Position numbers and translations under genes: made by a program. A DNA stretch of 52,257 nt from Candidatus Avigastranaerophilus sp. (GTDB lineage Bacteria; Muiribacteriota; Ozemobacteria; Ozemobacterales; Ozemobacteraceae), in contig JAZUDR010000328.1 of the NCBI GenBank assembly GCA_045639725.1, positions 1 to 52,257 of the forward strand. Direction: 5' to 3'. Shown here in pieces: positions 35,826 to 42,642 of the stretch; positions within the stretch are counted from its first letter, which is position 1; each line of letters opens with the position of its first letter. Under the pieces are notes generated by a model. The model saw only the letters and a list, made by a program, of their open reading frames with translations, made no database searches and had not been told where the DNA came from.

Positions 35826-36075
35826 AGCTTGAAGCCTGAAGCCTGAAGCTCGAAGCCTGAAGCTTGAAGCTTGAAGCCTCAAGCTCGAAGCTTGAAGCTG
35901 GAAGCTGGAAGCTGGAAGCCTGAAGCTTGAAGCTGGAAGCTTGAAGCTCGAAGCTGGAAGCCGGAAGCCTGAAGCTTGAAGCTTGAAGCTCGAAGCTGGA
36001 AGCCTGAAGCTTGAAGCTGGAAGCTTGAAGCTGGAAGCTGGAAGCTGGAAGCCTGAAGCTTGAAGCTCGAAGCCA
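35817..36075. repeat. Heptanucleotide tandem array B: GAAGC(T/C)N x37
   Basis: Counted unit by unit. There are 37 units in unbroken 7-bp phase. GAAGC is invariant except for one CAAGC. The last two positions vary (TT, CT, TC, TG, CG, CA). Degenerate units extend to 35810 and 36103. An identical 42-bp (6-unit) block occurs at 35887..35928 and 36020..36061. Confidence 0.95.
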
Positions 36076-36165
36076 AAAGCTAATGGCCAAAAGCGAAGTG
36101 CAACGAACTTTGACATCTACTTGTAAAATATATCAAGTTTTTTTGAAAAAAATTTTGAGCCCCCC

Positions 36166-36194
36166 TTGACGGTTTAGTATTTTATCAGTAAAAT
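36166..36194 (+). promoter_or_regulatory. Sigma70-type promoter candidate (TTGACG-17-TAAAAT)
   Basis: TTGACG at 36166..36171, 17-nt spacer, TAAAAT at 36189..36194. Lies upstream of the Gly-zipper protein gene. Confidence 0.5.
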
Positions 36195-36276
36195 TAAATT
36201 AACAATGGTAAGGGTACACAAACCCATGACCCAAATTATAAGTTTAAATAAGTTTCATACTTGGGGGTATTATAAG

Positions 36277-37164
36277 ATGAAAAGGGCAAAAGTTTTACTC
36301 TGCATGGTTCTTTCACTTCTCATGCTCGTAGACTACACTGTTTTCCAGCCTGCTCCAGCATTCGGTTCTATTAAGGAAAAGGTTCAGTCACTTGATAAGA
36401 AGAGTCTTCTTATTGGTGGCGCTGTAGGCGTTGCTGCTGGCGCTGGTATCGCACTTGCTGCTCCAGCTATTGGTGGCGCTGTTGCTAGTGCTGGTGGAAT
36501 TGCTGGCGTTGGTTCAGCAATCGTTGGTGGCGTTGCTGCTATCGGCGGCGGTGTTCTTGGTGCTGTATCTGCATTCGCAGGTGCTATAGGTTCAGCTCTC
36601 GGTGCCGTAGGTGGCTTCATTGCTGGTATCTTCACTAGCCCACTCTTTATACCTGCATTAGTTGTTGTAGGTGCTTGTGTTGCTGGTTACTTCATCTACA
36701 AGAAATACAAAGAAAAGAAAGCAAAATCTGGCGCAGACGCTGCAGTTCTTCCAGAATCTGAAACTCTCACCATCACACCAGGTGACTATCAGATGTCTAG
36801 CGTAATCCCAGCCGGCGAAGAAGAACCAATCAATGTTGGTGCTGGTTGCGAAATCATCACAATTGGTACTGCTGATTCTGTAACAGTATCTGATGATATT
36901 CCAGTTGCTGCTAGTCCAGAAACTGCTTCAACAAAACTCAGCGCTGCTGAAGAAGCTGATGCTTCTGGTGCTGTTACTACTACTGAAAGCAGATCTCTCA
37001 AAGCTGCTCATGATCGCTATATCGAAGCTTATCAGAGATATACTAACCTCGTAACTAACAGCGGTGGAGCTAACAGTAACGACGTTCAGGCTGCTCTTGA
37101 AGAATACAGAGAAGCTTATAACGAATATGAAACCCTTCGTGCTACTGGCGCTGTAAACAAGTAA
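36277..37164 (+). CDS. Secreted/membrane glycine-zipper protein (295 aa)
   Basis: Signal peptide MKRAKVLLCMVLSLLMLV. About 100 aa is almost entirely G/A/V/I with repeated GxxxG/AxxxG. A TM helix is followed by KKYKEKKAK, then an acidic Ser/Thr/Ala-rich tail. GGGGG Shine-Dalgarno sequence before ATG 36277. Confidence 0.6.
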   Translation: MKRAKVLLCMVLSLLMLVDYTVFQPAPAFGSIKEKVQSLDKKSLLIGGAVGVAAGAGIALAAPAIGGAVASAGGIAGVGSAIVGGVAAIGGGVLGAVSAFAGAIGSALGAVGGFIAGIFTSPLFIPALVVVGACVAGYFIYKKYKEKKAKSGADAAVLPESETLTITPGDYQMSSVIPAGEEEPINVGAGCEIITIGTADSVTVSDDIPVAASPETASTKLSAAEEADASGAVTTTESRSLKAAHDRYIEAYQRYTNLVTNSGGANSNDVQAALEEYREAYNEYETLRATGAVNK

Positions 37165-37195
37165 CATACCCATAAACTTATAAAGTATGAAAAAT

Positions 37196-37223
37196 GCCAC
37201 TCGTAAGAGTGGCATTTTTTTTT
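37196..37223 (+). terminator. Rho-independent terminator
   Basis: Stem GCCACTC (37196..37202) pairs with GAGTGGC (37207..37213), followed by A then T9. Confidence 0.85.
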
Positions 37224-37239
37224 GCAATTTTAGTAAATA

Positions 37240-37248
37240 TGTTATATA
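37240..37248 (+). promoter_or_regulatory. Extended -10 promoter candidate (TGTTATATA)
   Basis: TGn+TATATA lies 30 nt upstream of ATG 37278, which has an AGAGG Shine-Dalgarno sequence. Confidence 0.35.
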
Positions 37249-37277
37249 GTATATCCCTACAAAAAAAGAGGTTAGAA

Positions 37278-39878
37278 ATGACAGAAAAATCTACATTGTG
37301 GAATACACTCGAAAGCAATCCTGCATATAGTAAATATCTAATGCGGGCATTTGAGCTTTACGAAAAAAGAAAAACTCCAGAAACACACGACGGGGTCAGC
37401 ATGTTAGAGCATGCTGTTGGTCATTGTACTGACGTAAAAATAATCCAATACATGGCTGAGAACAAATTCTGGCATTGTAAGGGAGAGCCTTTTGATTTTG
37501 CCATAGCGGCTACTGCTATTCTTAATCCAAATGAAAAGATTCTGGAATATCTTATTACTCAGGGACTTTGTTTGGAAGAAGATAAAGAACATGGCTGCGG
37601 TCCTTTACACATTGCCTGCGCAGATAACAGCAATCCAAAAGTTATAAAAACAATCATAAATGCTGGTGCTGATATAAATCTACGTGAAACAGAAACTGGT
37701 GTTACGCCATTTCTTATGGCTGCTTCCAAAAATAATAATCCAGAGATCCTTAAGGTTTTGAAAAAAGCCGGTGCAGATATATTCGCAAAGACCAATGATG
37801 GTAAGAGTGCTTTACATATTGCAGCCAAAGAAAATAATAATGCAGAAATACTTGAAACATTAATAAGCTTTGGTCTAGATGTTAACGAAGAAGACAATGC
37901 TGGTTGTACACCATTTATGTATGGTGTTACCAGACCAAATGCTGAAATATTTAAAACCTTGATAAAGCATGGCGCACACCTTATTGTGAAGGATAAGCTT
38001 GGCCAAAGCCCGTTATTCTATGCTGCTTATTTGAATACAAATCCGTTAGTTGTCAGGACAATGCTTAGAATAGGTTATCCTGTTAACGAAAAGAATATTG
38101 AAGGCAGAACACCTTTGATGTATTCCAGTCTGAATGTTAATGATGAGATAGCTGGAATTCTCATAGATAACGGTGCCGATGTTAATGAAGTAGACGCAAC
38201 CGGCAAAAAAGCTTATTGCTATGTTCTTGAGCAGACACAGAGTACAAAGATAGTTAAAAAGATGGCTGCATTGAGCAATTTTGCCAATGACGAGCATGTA
38301 AGATGGCTGTTTTTAGCTGCTGTTGCCGGTTATAATAATTTGCCAATGCTGAAATACGTTTTAAAGCTTGGCGCTGATATTAATACTAAGAATTCTGATA
38401 ATCGCTCTGTATTGCATTTTGCGGCATCTTCAAGTGTAAATCCAAAGGTATTGCAGTTCTTGGTTAAGTCTGGTCTCGATGTGAATGCACTGGACGATAT
38501 CAAGGCTACCCCTTTCCTTTATGCTGCCAGAGGAAATCAGTCTCCAGAAGCTTTAATGACATTGCTTCAACTAGGTGCTGACCCACATATTACCCATAAT
38601 GACAAACGCAGCGCTTTGCATATTGCCTGCGAACAGAATCCGTCATTAGCCACAGTTGAATTCCTGGTAAAGTCAGGCCTGTTTAATATTAACGAAAAAG
38701 ACTCCCTTGGATTTTCACCGTTCCTTTATTCAACAGCGAATCCTAATCTGGATGTTATGAAGATGCTGGTTAAAAATGGTGCGGACACCAAGGCTACAGA
38801 TAGCGAAGGCTGCAATGCTTTGTGCGTAGCTGGTAGTAATGCACATTCCCCAGAGTTTATTGATTATCTTGTTGATGAATTGAAGCTTCCTATCAGGTCT
38901 AAGGGGAAAAATGGCTACGATTCAATATATTATTGTGCTTTCAATAACTGTTCTGTAGAGGTTTTGGACCGACTTGTTGTACATGGAGCTGAGCTTTACA
39001 GATTCTATCAGAACGGTATGAATCTATTGATGATTGCCTCAAGATTCAATATGAATCCTGAGATTGTAAGGTATCTTGTTAAGACAGCAAGGATAAATGT
39101 TAATCTGCGCTCACGTGAACCTGAAGGCGAAGATGAAATAGCTCCTGATGAAGTAAAAGCAGAAGTTATAAAACAGCTTGAAGCAGAGGCAGAAGCTGAA
39201 GAACTGAAGAATAAAAAGTATGTACCTTATAGGGATACATACAAAAAGGGTACAACAGCAATAATGCACGCTGCCTGCAATATTAATATTGAAATACTGG
39301 AAACTTTAATTGGGCTTGGAGCAAATATTCATGACCACGATAAGGCTGGTCGTGACCTACTTAATTATGCTGCGGGCTCAAATGAAAACCCGATAATTCC
39401 GAAGATACTTATTTCTAAGTATGGTTTCAGAACTAATCGTAGAGACGAAAACGAGGCAACAGCAGTTTTTGATGCTGCCATGAATCCGAACGTCGAAACG
39501 ATGCAAAGCATTCTTGAATATGGCGGTGATTTGTATATTCAGGCTGCTGGTGGTGTTACTCCATTAATGATAGCTTCTATAGTAAACCCGAATCCTGAAA
39601 TGATTAAGTTTTTATTGGAACAGGGACTTTCGGTTCATGATAGCGATGACAGTGGCATGACTCCATTGCTTCACGCTGCTGCTACCAATGAAAATCCAGA
39701 GGTTTGCGAAGTTTTGATAGCCGCTGGTGCAAGTATATATGATGAAAACTCTCAGGGCAGTAATGCCGTAGCTCTTGCCAGATCTAATCCAAATCCGGCT
39801 ATATATCACACTATCATGAAGTATGCTTCAATGAATGTTGCACCAAAAGAAGACCACGAAGACGTCGTAGTTAATTAA
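37278..39878 (+). CDS. Large ankyrin-repeat protein (866 aa)
   Basis: 33-aa periodicity throughout (G-x-TPLxxAA ... NPE[IV]hxxLhxxGADhN). My hand count of the N-P-E-[IV] helix motif gives about 20-23 repeats. They are interrupted by an acidic coiled segment (EPEGEDEIAPDEVKAEVIKQLEAEAEAEELKNKK). No signal peptide is visible. Confidence 0.85.
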   Translation: MTEKSTLWNTLESNPAYSKYLMRAFELYEKRKTPETHDGVSMLEHAVGHCTDVKIIQYMAENKFWHCKGEPFDFAIAATAILNPNEKILEYLITQGLCLEEDKEHGCGPLHIACADNSNPKVIKTIINAGADINLRETETGVTPFLMAASKNNNPEILKVLKKAGADIFAKTNDGKSALHIAAKENNNAEILETLISFGLDVNEEDNAGCTPFMYGVTRPNAEIFKTLIKHGAHLIVKDKLGQSPLFYAAYLNTNPLVVRTMLRIGYPVNEKNIEGRTPLMYSSLNVNDEIAGILIDNGADVNEVDATGKKAYCYVLEQTQSTKIVKKMAALSNFANDEHVRWLFLAAVAGYNNLPMLKYVLKLGADINTKNSDNRSVLHFAASSSVNPKVLQFLVKSGLDVNALDDIKATPFLYAARGNQSPEALMTLLQLGADPHITHNDKRSALHIACEQNPSLATVEFLVKSGLFNINEKDSLGFSPFLYSTANPNLDVMKMLVKNGADTKATDSEGCNALCVAGSNAHSPEFIDYLVDELKLPIRSKGKNGYDSIYYCAFNNCSVEVLDRLVVHGAELYRFYQNGMNLLMIASRFNMNPEIVRYLVKTARINVNLRSREPEGEDEIAPDEVKAEVIKQLEAEAEAEELKNKKYVPYRDTYKKGTTAIMHAACNINIEILETLIGLGANIHDHDKAGRDLLNYAAGSNENPIIPKILISKYGFRTNRRDENEATAVFDAAMNPNVETMQSILEYGGDLYIQAAGGVTPLMIASIVNPNPEMIKFLLEQGLSVHDSDDSGMTPLLHAAATNENPEVCEVLIAAGASIYDENSQGSNAVALARSNPNPAIYHTIMKYASMNVAPKEDHEDVVVN

Positions 39879-39924
39879 ATTGATTAGATTTTGCGTTGTT
39901 ATCGGATATTGGCGCTATTTCCTA

Positions 39925-39959
39925 ATTGAAAATTGAGAATTGAGGATTGAGAATTATTG
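39925..39959. repeat. Short heptanucleotide array ATTGA(A/G)(A/G) x5
   Basis: ATTGAAA ATTGAGA ATTGAGG ATTGAGA ATTATTG in 7-bp phase. Lies between the convergent stops of the ankyrin gene (39878) and rsmD (39970). Confidence 0.6.
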
Positions 39960-39969
39960 GTATTATGCA

Positions 39970-40527
39970 TTAATTCTTGTCGGCTAGGCGGAAATAGGTG
40001 CAGACAGTGGCGCCGTAGGTGCGTTCGTCTAGGAGCTTGTAGTCTGGGTTTTCTTCAATGCCGATTATGTCTTTTTTCTGACGTTCTATAATGAATAGAG
40101 TATCGTGCGTGAACAGCGGGCATTGTGGAATATATTTCAGAACTGGGTCTAACAAGCCTTTAAGATAAGGCGGGTCAATAAATACTATATCAAATGGTTC
40201 AAGAGTAGCTGTTTCCATGAACTTCATAACGTCCATGCAGAATACTTCGCCCCTGTCATCCAGCTTGCACATAACAAGGTTTTCTTTTATCGTCTTTGCA
40301 CATTCTCTGGACATATCGACAAAGGCGCCATAACTTCCGCCACGGCTCAGGCCTTCGATGCCCAGATTCCCAGAACCGGCAAAAAGGTCTAGAAAACGGG
40401 CTCCGTCAACTAGAGAGGCAATAATATTAAAGGTAGAGCCTTTGACTTTATCCATTGCTGGACGAGTCTGACCACCACCTGGCATTTTAAGAATTCTTCC
40501 TTTGGCACTGCCGGTAATAACACGCAT
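39970..40527 (-). CDS. rsmD: 16S rRNA (guanine966-N2)-methyltransferase RsmD
   Basis: RVITGSAKGR ... FLDLFAGSGNLGIEGLSRG ... FIDPPY motifs. Confidence 0.85.
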   Translation of the reverse strand: MRVITGSAKGRILKMPGGGQTRPAMDKVKGSTFNIIASLVDGARFLDLFAGSGNLGIEGLSRGGSYGAFVDMSRECAKTIKENLVMCKLDDRGEVFCMDVMKFMETATLEPFDIVFIDPPYLKGLLDPVLKYIPQCPLFTHDTLFIIERQKKDIIGIEENPDYKLLDERTYGATVCTYFRLADKN

Positions 40528-40533
40528 GATTAA

Positions 40534-42642
40534 TTAACCACCTTCCATAAAGGTTTTATAGGACTCACCAAAGGAGCGGACCATCTGCTGATGGAACCAA
40601 TCTCGAACCTCTGCTGGGTCGATTGTAAGTATTTCAAAAGCACGCTTTCTGGCGTTTTCTACAAGCTTTTGAGGTATTCTATGAGAGAAGCAAGGGTGAC
40701 CTAGACCACTCTGGCGGGTTCCGACCAGGTCTCCAGGGCCTCTGAGCTTGAGATCTTCCATAGAAAGCTCGAAGCCGTCATTGGTTGATGCTAGAACATC
40801 TAGCCTTTCAGCATTTTCATCATTATGAGAAATGAGTATGCAGTGCGAAGCATCGGCACCGCGACCAACCCTGCCTCTAAGCTGATGAAGCTGTGAAAGA
40901 CCGAAACAGTCTGCGTTTTCAATAATCATTAATGTAGCATTAGGATTATCTACACCAACTTCTACGACTGTGGTTGCAATAAGAATCTGCAACTGGCGGT
41001 CCTTGAAGCTTTGCATGACCATTTCTTTTTCATCCCAAGTCTGGGCACCTGTAAGAGTAGCATAAGTTGCCTCCGGAAGCAAATCGCTGACTCTGTCGGC
41101 TGCTTCCTCGACGGAAACCCAGTCTCTTTCATCAGAAAGCTCAATTAAAGGGCAGACTATGTATACCTGGTTTCCTGCTGCAAGAGTAGCCTCTATGTCA
41201 GGAACTACAGATTTAAAGCTTCGTTCAATCCTAGTGGCGACAGGTGTTCTGCCGGGAGGCATTTCATTGATGATGCTTGTATCCATATCGCCAAAAATTG
41301 TCAGGGAAAGGGTTCTCGGAATTGGTGTGGCAGACAGAAGCAACTGGTTTGGGTTACTTCCTTTGTTGAAAAGTAGTCTTCTGTGGTTGACTCCGAAACG
41401 TTGCTGCTCATCAATGATACAATAGCCTAATTCTCTAAATTTTACATTTTCAGAGAACATGGCATGGGTTCCGAATACAAATGTTGCTGCGCCGGTTGCT
41501 ATTAAATCATTGGCTAGGCGCTTTTCTGCTGTTTTCTGACTGCCAGTTATGATGACTGCCTTATCAGCAAACTGTGGGAAGAATTTCTTGAAGTTGATTA
41601 GGTGCTGTCTTGCCAATATTTCTGTGGGAGCCATGAATGCGCACTGATAGCCAGGTGCCAGTTCAAGACAGAAATGGAGCATTGAAAGGAACGCAACTAA
41701 TGTTTTACCAGAACCTACATCTCCCTGAAGAAGACGGTTCATTGGTGGTCTTGCTTTATCTTCTTTTTCAACAGGAGTTAGATTATTTTTAAGGTCAGCC
41801 ACTATTTCACTTAAAGCCTCTGTCTGACCGTTGGTAAGATTGAACGGCAGCGGGTAGGGCGATTCAAAACGTGGTGGCTTGTTCGAATCAGGCATTGTCA
41901 GGTAGCCAGTAAGATGTTCACGACGCTTTAAAACGCCAATCTGGAAAAGAACCTGATCAAAAAATGCCAGAGTAAATTTGGCCTTCTGGAGGGTTTCTTC
42001 GGTATGTGGCCTGTGAATTTCGGCTATGGCTTCAATGATTTTATCAAAGGCTGTGCCTCTTAATGCGCCAGGTAAGGAATTTTCCCAGTCAATATTGTCG
42101 AGAAGCTGTGCTATTAGCTTACGAAGACCGAGAGGTGAAATATGTGCTTCTGCCAGTCTTGCGTTAGATGGATAAATAGGGGTCAGAACATCTGCACGCT
42201 GGCCGTTGGCTTCTTCAATTCTTTCTACTTCTGGATTATTGATAATCAGGTTGTTTCCAACCTTGCCAATGGTGCCAAATACCCAGTATTCAACGTTTGG
42301 TAGTAACTGTTTGGTCAGATATGTTCTATTGAACCACTTTGCAGAAATCTTACCGGTTTTGTCATGAAAATTAGCTGTAATTACGGTGAGTCCGCGGCGG
42401 GCAAAAGCTGATTTTATGGAATCTAGAGTTACACGAAGCAAGCACATTTTTCCGTTTTCAATCATTGAAACAGGTGTTGCTTTGCGGCGGTCTTGATATT
42501 TTGTAGGGTAGAATCTCAGGATATCAAAAACACATTGACATCCTGCTTTATTAAGTGCTTCAGCCTTTTTGGGACCAACACCGGCAATATTTCCTACCGG
42601 ATCGTCCAATACAATTTTTGTATTCTTTACAGCTCTTGCCAT
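40534..42642 (-). CDS. recG: ATP-dependent DNA helicase RecG
   Basis: N-terminal wedge/OB region, then LLQGDVGSGKTLVA (Walker A), CIIDEQQRFG (DEQH box), LLLSATPIPRTL, and QLHQLRGRVGRG. ATG 42642 directly follows the stop of the upstream HEAT/TPR gene. Confidence 0.95.
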   Translation of the reverse strand: MARAVKNTKIVLDDPVGNIAGVGPKKAEALNKAGCQCVFDILRFYPTKYQDRRKATPVSMIENGKMCLLRVTLDSIKSAFARRGLTVITANFHDKTGKISAKWFNRTYLTKQLLPNVEYWVFGTIGKVGNNLIINNPEVERIEEANGQRADVLTPIYPSNARLAEAHISPLGLRKLIAQLLDNIDWENSLPGALRGTAFDKIIEAIAEIHRPHTEETLQKAKFTLAFFDQVLFQIGVLKRREHLTGYLTMPDSNKPPRFESPYPLPFNLTNGQTEALSEIVADLKNNLTPVEKEDKARPPMNRLLQGDVGSGKTLVAFLSMLHFCLELAPGYQCAFMAPTEILARQHLINFKKFFPQFADKAVIITGSQKTAEKRLANDLIATGAATFVFGTHAMFSENVKFRELGYCIIDEQQRFGVNHRRLLFNKGSNPNQLLLSATPIPRTLSLTIFGDMDTSIINEMPPGRTPVATRIERSFKSVVPDIEATLAAGNQVYIVCPLIELSDERDWVSVEEAADRVSDLLPEATYATLTGAQTWDEKEMVMQSFKDRQLQILIATTVVEVGVDNPNATLMIIENADCFGLSQLHQLRGRVGRGADASHCILISHNDENAERLDVLASTNDGFELSMEDLKLRGPGDLVGTRQSGLGHPCFSHRIPQKLVENARKRAFEILTIDPAEVRDWFHQQMVRSFGESYKTFMEGG

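Noticed and set aside
35817-36075. Heptamer arrays as classical phase-variation (contingency) tracts.
   Set aside because: Contingency repeats normally sit inside 5' coding regions or between the -35 and -10 boxes. These arrays start at or after stop codons. For array B an effect on the promoter 90 bp downstream cannot be excluded, so the idea is kept only as a side remark in the finding.
35733-36116. Three overlapping minus-strand ORFs (127, 98 and 65 aa) encoding ASSFKLQ/ASGFRLP-type repeats.
   Set aside because: They are reading-frame artefacts of array B. A 7-bp repeat without stop triplets is open in several frames and yields 7-aa periodic pseudo-proteins. The longest also overlaps the recD2 3' end, and none has a Shine-Dalgarno sequence.
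36384-36635. An 83-aa minus-strand ORF rich in Pro/Ala/Thr.
   Set aside because: It is the antisense of the GGT/GCT-rich glycine-zipper coding segment. Codon-biased Gly/Ala runs are open on the opposite strand by construction.
37278-39878. The idea that the ankyrin or HEAT solenoid proteins read the heptamer arrays in a TAL- or PUF-like, repeat-per-base manner.
   Set aside because: This is pure speculation. Neither ankyrin nor HEAT repeats are known to do this. I see no correspondence between repeat numbers, and there are no basic DNA-binding surfaces that I can judge from sequence.
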